Assembly: GCA_000165425.1 (NCBI GenBank)
Contig: CT868051.1
Coordinates: forward strand, 186,001 to 220,852
Origin: Paramecium tetraurelia
Lineage: Eukaryota
Reading direction: 5' to 3'
Length of the DNA stretch: 34,852 nucleotides
Positions 1 through 12,258 of this stretch are shown piece after piece; positions within the stretch are counted from its first letter, which is position 1, and each line of letters begins with the position of its first letter. Position numbers and translations under genes: made by a program. The notes beneath the pieces are model-generated. The model was given only the letters and a program-made list of their open reading frames with translations, ran no database searches and was not told where the DNA came from.

Positions 1-314
1 AATTAATTCGTAAAACTTACCAACACATATCTGGGTGGTTATTTGAAATGGCCAAACTAAAATTAAATGTGATTCATACTGTTTCATGTAAGACTCCTGG
101 GTCCATGTAGGCACAAAAGAATCCAATGGCGCAAGTGATATAAAACATAGTTCTTCCAAATCTGTAATCTACTGGAGACACCCATCCAAGATGAGTTTGA
201 GTATGACCCTTTTGGGCTACAATCATGCATTCACAATTTACCTGTCAGATTTTAGTACTTGTTTTCATTAAAGAGCAGCCTGAAATTCCTATTGAAAATG
301 CTAGCCTTTTGCAC
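1..314 (-). CDS. Small protein with one hydrophobic segment, possibly mitochondrial; runs off the window edge; start codon unresolved
   Basis: Code-6 reading with 25-nt and 23-nt GT..AG introns (a third starts at the window edge) gives (V)QKASIFNRNFRLLFNENKYQNLTAQKGHTQTHLGWVSPVDYRFGRTMFYITCAIGFFCAYMDPGVLHETFGHFKQPPRYVL. The N-terminus is Arg-rich like a presequence. A GTG sits at 312-314 where an ATG would be expected. Confidence 0.6.
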
Positions 315-385
315 TAAAATTATATATATATTTATATAACAAAAGGGAAAGATAAAATATAATTAGAATAATATAAAAGTCACTT

Positions 386-1733
386 TCATTTATTTTCTAA
401 TTGAAAAGAATCATCATCCATTTGTGGTTCATCTTCATCTAATTATTTATTTATTTAAGGTAGTTAAGTAAGTTTGTGTTAAGTTGATGGGGCACCTACA
501 TTAAAAATTAAACAAGACCTTTTTAAATATAATCGGACTAGATAAAATTGATTAGTAGTTTGCCAATTTACAAACTGCAAGCTGCGCAATCAATCGAAAC
601 TTTTTTGTCAATGGATACTAGAGTTCCAAATTTGCTTTTGTTGTCCTAGATCATGAAGTTGCCATCAGTCAATTTGATGGTGGCATGGTGTCTAGAGACA
701 GTGATGTCTTAGGCTTTGATATCGCATTGGAATCCTCTTCCCTTTAAATATGGGGGATATGAATTACAATTTTGATATTGTCACTCAGAAGACTGTGGAT
801 TAAATAGATTTCATTGCATTAAGTTCTTCTCTTTATTGATGTTCTAATGATAGAGGGGGAGTATACTTCTACTAGGATGTACTGTAGATCAGGTCTGTCG
901 AGTGTAAAGAGATCGAAGTATTCATCTTCATACTGAACTCGAATTGGGAGACTTTCTTTGCAGATGGAACACTCATGTTGCTTGTTCCTAATATGAAGAA
1001 ATTAGTAACCATTTGAGAGTCAAGCCGAATTGAGTTTCTTCCTTGGTGATATTGGAATCTACCCAGTAACGTAAACAGTCCAAATGAACAGCCTAGCCAT
1101 TGCCAGCACAACGACAGATATTCGTAAGAAAGAGTTGATCCTTGCTCTGCCTTCCTTCCATGAAACAAAACTTACATTGATATGTCACATTGGAGTCACT
1201 GAGGAAGGAATACTAAAATTTGATTGTCTAATAGCATACTTTGAGGGAGCAGGGTGCTTGAAAAGTCTGCATGTGCTTGTTGCGTTCCTCGATGACCTTG
1301 TACTCACTTTAAATTAATAGTGTATAATTAGTACACTCTTCCCAAGCGAATGACGGAATTAACTACGAGAGGATATTCAGACCCATTGGATGATTTTATG
1401 TCCTTGACGACCATGAAGGGTGGCTGCATTACGGACAACAGGATTTCATAATGATTTTCTATTAATGTTGATAAATGGATCAATTTTACTTGACTTGCTC
1501 ACTTTAAGGAGCTGATTCTTGTTGGGCAACATCTCAGCACTCTCGGTGTAGACTTGATCTGCAAAATGCATTTCATTATTACTCTCTTCATATATCGTGG
1601 TTGAACCTCCTTTAAATTTCCACACTGGGAACGTGTCAGTCTGCTCATGATCAATCAGACCCATCCCCTGTTTCTGATCCTGCTTGATCTGCACTTCCAA
1701 GTTGCTTTTATAGGCTGGCATAATTATAATCAT
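386..1733 (-). CDS. RING-CH (RINGv) zinc finger + FHA domain protein, probable E3 ligase
   Basis: Spliced translation contains CKFC...ICRCAG...HLDCLRYW...CSICK (C4HC3 RINGv) and FHA motifs IGRG, VSRHHA and SKFGT. Several short introns (e.g. 1459-1489). TGA at 386-388 after DDDSFQLENK. Start is 1733 or 1721. Confidence 0.88.
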
Positions 1734-1757
1734 CTTGTTAATTAATAAAAATCGTTA

Positions 1758-2452
1758 ATGAGCAAGGTGTTCTCTCCAGATTAACGCAATCTAGGAGGTC
1801 GGCGAATTATATTGCAATAGATGCTCCAGCATCTGCATCATGTTGAGACTGCCAAGAGCACTCTCTCCCAAACCAACTCAAGCAGCAAATTACTCCGTCG
1901 AACTCCCTCTCCAGTTTTCAAATTCCTGGATCAATACAAGGAAGTCCTTAACACCTTTGACAAGGTACAAAAGATCCAATAAAAACGACCGTCCGTTGAG
2001 AAATTCAAAAACAACTACTTCCTCAAAAAAGTGCAAACCACCAATACCGAACATCAAAAGAATTTTGAAAAATGTAAGAAGAGGATCCAAGAAATGAACA
2101 ACAAGAACAAGACCACTCTCAATCCAGCCCTCTTCTTCAGGAGAGTGGATAAGAGTCTTATCAATAAGACTTGTCCAATAAGTAATCAACTTCAATTTAA
2201 TAAGTGCAGCCACGGCCACAAAAGAAAGAAATACAACAAGAGATTGATTGGGAAAGCATTGCCAAAAGAATCCCCTAATTAGCAGATCCCCTTTTTAAGA
2301 ATAAAATAACTGACTTGATCGTTTCCAACCGGATCTATAGCGATGATGACTATGCATTCCTAGTCTGCCTGATTTCAAGTGTGAATAATGCTGAATAATC
2401 CAAAATCATACTAATAATGAGTCAAATATTGAATGAGTTGGGATTGTTGTGA
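1758..2452 (+). CDS. 223-aa protein, possibly SPATA7/HSD3-like ciliary protein
   Basis: ATG 1758, one 23-nt intron (2182-2204), TGA 2450-2452; spliced length 672 nt. The N-terminal GRRIILQQMLQHLHHVETAKSTL and C-terminal KITDLIVSNRIYSDDDY...ILNELGL resemble SPATA7 end motifs (recognition only; family call weak). Confidence 0.75.
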
Positions 2453-2543
2453 TTTTGTCTATTATAATTACTTTTTTTTGTTATGTTTTTTAAATATATA
2501 TGTATGCACACATCTCTGTTATATAAATTTAATAATAATCAAT

Positions 2544-3325
2544 ATGTCATAAATAGAAGAGACCCTAAAAAAATACCCCAAATACATGCCAACCTTGGTG
2601 AGATACGAGGAGCCAATTGAAATAAATGAAGATGAGATGCAACTTGAAATGCAGGAACAAGTGTTGAATTAAAAAAAAAAATAATAACTGTAACCTTTGG
2701 ATCAAAAGTGGTCCATTGATGAAATTTTGAATAAGTTCTTCCCTCCCAGACGATTTGAACATGAAGGACACTTCTTCAAATAGGTGGTCAGTGTCAATGA
2801 TGTCAAGAGAGATGAATTGAATCAATTGGAAGCAGAATTAGATTAGAGATTGATCGAGAGATAGGCTCGGTAGAATTTAATCGCAAATATTATAGTAAGA
2901 GTGGCATATGTCCAGTGAGAGAGGATCTACATAGTTAATTATTTGAGGAGATCATTAGACAGAGTGCTATCAATTGTCCAGAGAGAGGACTCCTCTTGAT
3001 GAGAGTGTATGATAATTTGAAGTTAACTTTTGCAGCATACCAAACACTCTATGCTGGATCAGTTGTGTTTGGCAATAGGAAGGCAGCAGAATCGGAAATT
3101 GGCAAGAGTGAGTAGGATTCCAAAATAGCAGACTATGACAAGAAGAAGATTTATTTGGAAAATTAGAAAATCCTATTGGAGAATGAACTCGATGCTATAT
3201 AGAGAAGTTTTAAGGAGATTCGAGAGTTGGAAGAGAAACGAATGGAATCTGAGATGCAATTTTTGAAATAACAAACTAAGCATTTAGAGCATTTTCTGAA
3301 ATAAGTGCAATAGAATTAATAATGA
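2544..3325 (+). CDS. DNALI1: Axonemal inner-arm dynein light chain p28 (DNALI1/IDA4 family), 251 aa
   Basis: Signature motifs ILNKFFPPR, RQARKSGICPVREDL, FEEIIRQSAINCPERGLLLMRV and AAYQTLY, then a coiled coil. One 26-nt intron 2870-2895; spliced length 756 nt. Confidence 0.93.
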
Positions 3326-3361
3326 TTTATTTAGAATATTAATATGGATACAATTTATATG

Positions 3362-3742
3362 TCATTAATTTATGTAGGTTTAAAGCATTCGTTTTACTTG
3401 ATGAAAAGAAATCGTCTTGCTAGTTTAATGTAACATTTTAAATTAAGGGGATTAGACAATCAATCTTGGTTACGTCTTCCTAGTGGTTCTCGTTATTCTT
3501 TCCTAAATAACAGGGTAGGATTCGTAGATCAATTCCACTTGATCTTTCCCATGATGAGACAATTCTATTTTCGATAATACAGTCATCTATTCAGTTTGAA
3601 ATCTCTTCTTCAAATTCGCATTTCTAGTTGTTTTGCTTTATTTGCGAGGGCTTTCAAAGGGCATGTTCTCCTATTGTAAGCTTCTCAAACGAAATTGTGC
3701 GCCCATCTGATAAGTCCTTCTAAATTATGCTTATTAATTCAT
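3362..3742 (-). CDS. Hypothetical basic protein, 126 aa
   Basis: Intronless code-6 ORF from ATG 3742 (MNQQAQFRRTYQMGAQFRLRS...) to TGA 3362-3364 (...QVKRMLQTYINQ). It fills the gap between two neighbouring genes. Confidence 0.65.
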
Positions 3743-3748
3743 TTTAAT

Positions 3749-6700
3749 ATGTTAATATTGATCTTGCTATTTTAGCTGACGTTATCACAGCCATTCGAAT
3801 AAGAAATTATGGAATTGGAGATAGAGAAACAATACGAGTTTTATGGGTATTGGTGTTTGATAATTGGATATTAGTAAAGTGCCAGGTACATCAACTTTTG
3901 TTCTTTATCCTGTTCATTTCTATAAGTTCCGTGTTTAGAACGTGATACCTAATGAGGACGTTTTCGTAGTGTTGAAAGCTCTTCATGATCAAAGCTCCTT
4001 CCCCTCCCTTTACATCAGTAAGGAGAATAATTAGTATTGAATCCTTATTTATTTAGTCCAACCATCTACGATGAGTTGTGTGGGAATAAGGGAATGGATG
4101 TTTGTGTAATCGAAGAAAAGGATTTGATTGCTAATGTGACTTACTATTTAGGAGTATATTGTTTATAGGATTGTGATTATGAATTAACCATCCATTATGA
4201 AGAGGAAAAAGACTTGGAATTGGGAGAAGCAGTCATTGTCAAATTCGATAATGAAATAGAAAGCATCCTAAAAATCGGTATGCCTAACTCAATGGATGGA
4301 GTCGATAGAATCCTAATCCGAGCTCACTACATCTAAGACAGGAACACTCTATTGAATGAGTCCTTCCACTTCTACATCAACGAAGGAAATGAAACTCCAT
4401 CCCCTATGCAATTTTAGTATGAGGCAGAGGAGATTTGGATGGTAGGAAAAGGAGCAGTCATCTACAAAAACAGTACCAATCTTATAGGGAATTTGACTGT
4501 GTTGTTGTTGGGAGTCCCCCATTCTAGATTGTATTTTATTACAACAGTTTATGAACGAATCAGAGAAATAGAGTTATTTGAAAGAACCGATGACTTAGTA
4601 TTAGATAAGAGGACTAATTACTATAAGTTGATAGTTAGTGATGATTACTTGGAATTTCTGGAAGAGAACTCGTTGTCTTTTGACATCCATCCCTTTGAAG
4701 GTAATCCTGATATATATATATCACCTTGTCATAAAGGGGAGTGTTCTTTGGATTACAAACTCTACCCATGGCAATCACAATTAGATCTAGGCTATGAGTC
4801 TATCACGATATCTCCCTAAAATAGGATTAATAATGGGAATGAGAGTCTATTCATTATTGCTATAAATGGAGTCGATGAATTCTCAAGTTATTCATTCGTA
4901 GCCTACTTGAGTAATTACTACAGTAGATTATTGTCCATTTATGCATTTGAATCCGGGTTCTTGGTGTAGAATGAATTCGCAGAGTACATCGTTAGGATCC
5001 ACGATGAACTCAACTAAACATTTACTATAACTGCAAGCTATCCCACAGGACATGGTATGATCATATTGAAGAAATGCATAAAGAATAAGACAGAATTGAA
5101 TTCGGTGGAGAACCAATTTAATTACATTGTGAATGCAGGACCAGATAACTTCTACAATTGCTCAATCACAAAAGAGCAGATAGACAAACTCTAAGATGTG
5201 CAATACTTGAAATAAGGGATTTCAGAGTTGTATTCAGCTGAAAGCATAATATAGTTCAATTACAATAAGAGTGAGTGCGAGACTAATGTTACTATGCTCA
5301 AGTACGAGAATGAGGAGACTAATTGTCAATACGTGGTTGGAGTGTACAGTAATGTTGAACACATGAATTACCAAATATACATCAAGGGATAAGAATAGCA
5401 CATTGAATTAACAGAGTCATCAACTCATCGCAGTTATCTGTTGGAGTATGACACAGACTTGTATTCATTCACAATCGACGAAGAGGATCTAACTGAAGTA
5501 GTGTTCCAAATAACAGCCATCACTGGAGAATATGAAGCTTATGCTTCAAGAACCTATGATAAACCCAATTCCACCTTCTATGATAGATATGCTAACATGG
5601 AATTGGATGTCTTGTAATATAAGGCAGAACCTGCTATCCAGACTTTGGCTGGCTAGTATTACATTCGAATAGTGGCCAAGGCTTTACTCAGATACTCCAT
5701 AACTCCTCTTGTGTATAGGAAATCACATGAGGAGATCAATTACATTCATCTCACTGAAAGCATCTCCTACACTCATTTACAGACCAAGATTGATTAGGCA
5801 ACATATTTTAATTTTGAGTAAAGACAGAATGGTCCACTCTTCATTCATCTCAATGGGATCTATGGCTATTTCATCTGCTACATAATTGGCACCAATGGAA
5901 TCATCGGAGATAAAGTTCCTGATGAAAGTCAATATGATTTTTCATTCAGAAGCTCATAACACACTCTCATAATCGAAAATCCCAAGCGATATTACTATGT
6001 TCAAGTCAGCTCAGTTTCTCTAGGTCTCAACGAATCCTATGAAATTCAATTCACCACTTCAAGTTCCCTCATGGAATTGTTCTATGGAGACCCACTCATT
6101 ACTCAATTGGACAACAAACATTAATCCTTTTATTACTATCTGTCCCCCTACACTCTAGAAAAGCTCTTTGTAATCAGAACATATACAACCGAAGTGAACG
6201 AATAGAACTATCTCAAAGTGTATGTCAGCACGAAGAATAAATTTCCAAGTAAAGACAACTGCGATTTCGAATTATTGGATTCATCTACCTACTTGACTTT
6301 GAACAATATCACAGAAAACATGATTGTGTACATAGGTGTTGAGAGTATTGGATACAATGAATATTCCTTATTAATTCGAGGAGTGTCTGGTATCACTGAA
6401 TTATTGGATAATACTGTGTAGTAGGTACCCATCCCTTCATTCGAATAATATCAATAATCTAATTTGTATTTTGTGGTTCCAAAGGATCTCAATAACACCA
6501 TTCAAATCTAAGCATACACTCTTTTTACTGAGATTGAATTGTTCTGTTCAATTAAAGATTATTCCCTTGTTTTTAAAGATCTAAAAAACAACAACCACAG
6601 CATATTCCCCACTTCTTCTAGCTACGACATCGAAGAGGAGATCAGTGCCAGTGTGTCTAATAAATTGTTGATCATCGAATAGACAGATTTACAGAAATGC

Positions 6701-9063
6701 AAGAATTATAGACAAGGATGTGTGTTATTGATAAGTGTGAAATTGGATCAATAGTCATTATATTCTTACATCTTTGGCAACTCTTACAACAACATCTCGA
6801 CAGTGGATGGAGAGGACGGCTATTTCAATATAATGATATCTACTGAGTATTCAATAATTCGCAATGGAGAAATGTTGATTGGTCATTCCGGAGAGAATAT
6901 CATGTCCTATTATTACTTCTACGTAGACAACCCTGTGTAATTCATTCAAATTGCAGCCAGACCCATAGATGATTGTGATCCAGATATCTATGTGAACAAA
7001 CTAGTCGATGATAAGATCTCCTACCCAACTGAAGATTCCAACACATATAAATCTATGTCATACAAATCAGACATTCTGATAATCAGAGAGCCTGACAACG
7101 TTGGATCCTACATAATCGGAGTTTTAGGATTCAGAAAGGAATGCACTTATGAGTTGCTGTTAAATTTTGCCGACATTGAATTGTATTACATATCAAATGG
7201 TCAATTTGCGGGGCATCACATCAATCAGACAGTTTACTATTTCTATCAGCATATCCGAAAGGAGTCCTTCCGCATAATGGTTCAAGGAATGAATAACGTC
7301 GATGTGGCCATCAATACATACTCCCAGTATAATGATAGCGAGGATGGTCTTTTTGATCTCCTCCCTTATTACGGAACAGATGACATCCAAATACTTCAGA
7401 AACACAACGACAACCTCTTTGGTGGTATAATTTAGATAAACCAAACAAATAAACACTTTTGCTATTATTGCACTTACATCATAGCCTTGAAACCTTTGAG
7501 GAGTGCTGACATTCAACTATTAATAGCTTATAATTCAATACCACTGGATGTTGAGTATGGAAGGATCTACTATGATCAATGTGTTGATACTTGTAAGTAT
7601 TACGTTGAACCTGGCGATCTGAACATCTTTGTGTATTCATAAAGTATTGAGTTGAACTTTTATGACGAGGACACCTATTTGTACAGCATGAATCTTAGTT
7701 ATTCTCAACACATTATTCCAATTAATTCATCACATATAGTCAGTATTGTCAATCCTCATGCAAATCAAGTGGCTTCGTATTGGTTGAGTCTATAGAGCGA
7801 ATAGAACTTTGTCGATTTGCACCTAGGTAAATCATACAAGGGCAACAACACAGCTGAATAGAATGTTACGCAATTCACATTCACACCAATCACAGTAGAA
7901 TAATGGTACACTGTGATTGTGAATTCGCAATCCATTGTCAGAGTGGAACTCTTTTATATGTCCAAGAATGTGAGTGAATTTATATTGATAAATCCAGTAT
8001 AAGAATGGAGCATAAGCTAATCGCAAGTGGAATTGAAATACTAATTGCCCAGTGTGAATTATTTCTATAAGATTACCTTGTCATGTAAGGGGCAATACAG
8101 TATCACATTAAATTTGGATGGTTTGAAATACATCGATTCTAATTAGCATTATGTTGAACAAATCTAATCCGCATAAATTTACAATATTTTTGGTTCAAAA
8201 GGACAAGAATTGCTCATTGAAAAGATCGATTGCCTAGGCCAAACTTAAAGCAATATTAGTTCCTATCAATTTAACAACTTGAGTGATATCTATTTCAATG
8301 TAACTCCAACCTCCTTTGCAAGCTACACAAAAGAGGGGTTATCCATAAGGAAGAACATCTACAGTTTGGTACCTCATCTACAATATTCTCACGATGCTTG
8401 GTACTTCAATAAGAGTATCACTTATCAAGTGGAAGAGAACAAGGAGAATCAGACACTTATTGTTACTGTGGACACGATGAGCAGAAACAAGACAGGACTA
8501 TTAGAACTCAAGATGCTTATGTAAATATTCAAATTTATATTACGTAGTTACCAATTGCATTACTCCAATCAAGAGAACTTTATGAATGCCTTTGGTTGCC
8601 AAATGGACATTGAATCTCTCAAATATTACACTAGCAATTAACTGTACCATAGCAAATCCTTATAGACAGTCAAGGAGGAGAACGAGAAGGTAACCTTTCA
8701 AGGTAAAAGAATTAAAATACCATTAATTTAGTGCCTCGACCTCAGAGTTAAAAGGTGCTTTATGGCCTGATTGTGTTCTAAGCCTTCTATTAGGGATATG
8801 ACTCCCCCTATACCTATTTCTATAACACTAGTTTGATTTACAATGGGACCCAATCAGATGTTAAGATCGAGGAGAAGGAGGATGTCATCAACAAGAATGA
8901 GGACTATGCGATGATGATTGGAATTGCAGCAGCGACCTTTTTGGTTCTGATGGTGTTATTTTTGGGCATAAGGAAGGTGATATTGAGGAGGAAATAAGCG
9001 AAATTAGGGAAACCAAAGAATGCAACTGTGGATGAGGAATGGGAGTAAGTGAAAGCAGTATGA
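3749..9063 (+). CDS. Large type I membrane/surface protein (~1744 aa) with repeated beta-rich modules
   Basis: Signal peptide MLILILLFQLTLS. Introns 3847-3874, 4034-4056 and 8703-8731 give 5235 nt. Recurrent D/P-x-(L/I)-Y-(V/I)-S motifs. C-terminal TM segment MMIGIAAATFLVLMVLFLGI followed by RKVILRRK and a short tail. TGA 9061-9063. Several + strand ORF-track fragments (4439, 6218, 6992, 8279) share this frame. Confidence 0.88.
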
Positions 9064-9172
9064 TTTAATTAGTTGTTTTGTTAAATAAATTTAAATGGTT
9101 GATTGTTCTAAGTAGAGAAGCTATATCTTTGAGGTTCTAGTTATTAATTATTATTTTCCAAAAATAATCCAT

Positions 9173-11317
9173 ATGCAAGTATTGGAATTTCACATTTATG
9201 AAACGTAATGGATGTTACGTAAAGGAAAGTATAAATGCTTTGTAAACATCTCTGAGAAACACCTCACTCATCATTATTAACAGAGTGAACTGCCTGGAGT
9301 CCAACTGCAAATGTAATTGATACGTCGATTGCTGTATTGTCGATTGAAAATTATGCGTAAACATTTTCTCAAGTTCAATTCGAAACAGGGACGGATCCTC
9401 ACTTAACTGGATCAATGCATGCAACTATGCCATACCATGCAGAATTACATAGCCAAATGCCAAGATGTCCTTACTGAGCATCAAAATCCTTCCAACCGCA
9501 AGAGTAAGTACAAGTTGTTGGGAGATATGCAATCCCCCAGAGGCAACTCGAAACTCAAACAATTCCTAATTGAATTTGAACACGAACCATGGGACAAGAA
9601 GTCTCTCCTCTGGTTGAGATATCATGAACAGGAACTCTTCACTTCCATCCAATAGATCTTAATGTTCAACTATTTGTACTTCAAAATGACCAATCTCAAA
9701 GAAGCCAGCCGCTTCTTACACAAACTGATCCAACTGAAATTTGTGAAAACTCAAAAATCAGTTACCCTTTATCAAGAAGCCCTCACTCTCCTTCACTCCG
9801 CTTACTTTGAGAACTCTTACGTTTTTCAAAATCAATTCTTTGATCCCATCTCCGAGATGCTCATAGATGCTTTGCGTGAGTACTACAGACCCAATTCCAA
9901 TCAGAAGAAATGCAAGCGACAAATGAAACTCTATGCTCAGTTGTTGATTATTAATTTGGATTTGCAAAGTAAGTCACTAGAATACAAGGACAAATACGAC
10001 GAATCCGCATTGATGATCTCCATGGCCAATTATTTGAGTCAGCACATCTTGACCTTTGTAGGCAAACAAGACGAATTAATCAATTACATCAAATACGAAT
10101 ACGAATACAAACATGAAAAATATGAGCAGATCATCCTTGAACAATAGGATCTTAATCAATTTGTTTCATTCTTATATGGATTCGAAAAAAAACACCATTT
10201 TGAATAAAAACCGCAGTTCCCCCATCAAAGCAAATATGACATCAACAATAAAAGTGTGTACATCCTCCATCACCCAAGAGCCAAAAGTGATTTCAAACCC
10301 ATGAAGGATCTTTCCAAAGAACCCACCAGAGATGGAAGTTTGTTTATGCCCAACACACCATCGTGTAGTAAGGACAATACGCAGAGACAAATCACCAAAC
10401 CTCATAAGCAGAAAAGGAAGAAATTTTAAGAGAATCAGAGCTATTTAAGCAAACTGATATATCTAAGAAGTCTATCCGATTATAAATTAAGTTAAATGAA
10501 TGTGGAGACAGATCTTCAGAAACATCTGAGAGGCTTAGAAGAAACGCTGCATAAGCTCGAACATCCCAATCAAATTAAATCGATCGATTAGGTTTTTAAT
10601 CAAAAAATTGAATCTATTACTTTTGAAAAATGCCTAACTCTCGATCAAGTCAAGGAAACTGCCAAGAAGATCATAGCTGCCGAATGGGAAGTTCATAAAG
10701 AGATGCCTGTTACCAAGAGTCTGATGAAATCGATTTCGGTCTCGGACATCTAATTGGAGAGGCTGTAATAACAATACAGCAAGTTACAAGAATACATCGA
10801 ACTCCAGAAGATTGATTATCATAATACACAGAAGGATCAGGCTCAATTGATCATGAAGGAGAATCAGGATTTGAAGAAGCTATAACTAAATCAACAGAAG
10901 TATTAGATGAAATTGAGACATCAGAAGGTCCAACAATAATTGTCGATACCTAAGAAGCTATTGAATCTGTAGACTGATGAAGCAGGCCTGTCTCCAAAGT
11001 TCATCAAACGCAATACCTTAATGTTGAATACCTACAATGCCACCATCTTTGATAGAATGGACCCTGTCTTGAGGCAGAACAAAGAGTATTAGGCTGCGCA
11101 AAAACACTTAATGGATATGATGGTGTCGAATCTCGAATAAAGGGATGAATTAAATTCTAAGAAGTTGAATTCCTTTATTAGTGTCAATAGTTTACCCAAA
11201 TCGACTACTAGACTCCCTTCACCAAAAACTCTGGATGTCTCCTCTTAGCGATCTGATCACAAAAAGTCCTTCGCCTTTTCAAATAACTCGACAAGACTTG
11301 AGATAACCAAATTTTGA
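9173..11317 (+). CDS. Hypothetical helical/coiled-coil protein, ~714 aa
   Basis: Continuous code-6 frame from ATG 9173 through ORF-track pieces 9419 and 9662 to TGA 11315-11317. Q/K/E-rich coiled-coil region near 10750-10950. Confidence 0.8.
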
Positions 11318-11364
11318 TTATAAATGATTATGAAATATCATATATAATTTATTATTGTTTTCTT

Positions 11365-11907
11365 TCACAACACTTTATATTATGGTTAACTCAATTTCTT
11401 AGCCTAGTCTCTCATCTTCTCATCGTAGCCCTTTCCTCCCTCTTAAATCAATATAGATGCATTGGCTGGATCATGGAATGTGGGACTGATCGTATAATGT
11501 GACAATAATACTGATGGATGACTTGATTAATGCCTGAAAAGATTTCTAAGAGAGTTGTGCCTGAAGTAAATGTTTCCTTGTTTGAAAGATACATGCATAA
11601 TCTGCCCATCGGATAAACATTAACATGCTAGAACCCATTTCGGAATGTGATGTTTGGAGCCTCAGCAGGGAATCCAGGAGATCCATTAGTGCCATTCAAA
11701 TCAACATCAACTACTATGTACGCCCCTATGTTTGCCTTAATCCATATCATTACCCTCATGCGGAGTGCCTTTCTCACCTTAATATTAAACAATGTAGGTT
11801 AAGGGACCTGTCTTTTTATAAGAGCAGTTTGGAGGAAGTTGATCGGCATTCTCTTATAAGTTTTCTTCTTCAAACTATAATCTCTTCTGCTGAAACTATG
11901 TGGCCAT
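11365..11907 (-). CDS. Divergent ubiquitin/SUMO-conjugating enzyme E2, Ubc9-like, 162 aa
   Basis: With 28-nt and 26-nt introns removed (489 nt): GEKGTPHEG...FPAEAPNITF...HVNVYPMGRLCMYL (catalytic Cys)...HDPAN...YDEKMRDQAKKL. Confidence 0.85.
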
Positions 11908-12258
11908 TAATCTTTTTTTATTTATATTTTATATTTTTATAAATTTCTATTAACTTTAAATACACCCCGACGATCAATTTTAATCGCCATCCTCTCTCAT
12001 ACTAACTCGTTCTCCCCTCTCAAAACCATAAGAATAATCATTTTTTTCTCCTAAACCCTTTATTACTTCACAATTATAAACCCAAACAATGTAAAACTAC
12101 TAATCAGATTCTCAACATCAAAAAGGTATTCTATTTTACCTAATATCTTTTATTTCTCCTCTCCATTTTCATTCATATGATCTTACACCATTTTCTTATC
12201 ATCTCTAATAGATAGTTGTGGTAAGGGATTATTTTGATTTAATAAGCTTTATTATAAA

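Noticed and set aside
320..338. Short TA run and several poly-A/T tracts elsewhere
   Set aside because: Ordinary low complexity in a very AT-rich genome.
845..867. 23-nt GTA..TAG intron-like segment in the RING-FHA gene
   Set aside because: Removing it leads to a TGA before the FHA domain, while reading through keeps the frame.
11950..12250. Purine-rich minus-strand stretch between the E2 gene and the sortilin relic
   Set aside because: No coherent frame or recognisable motif; I could not support a gene call or a sortilin-E2 fusion.
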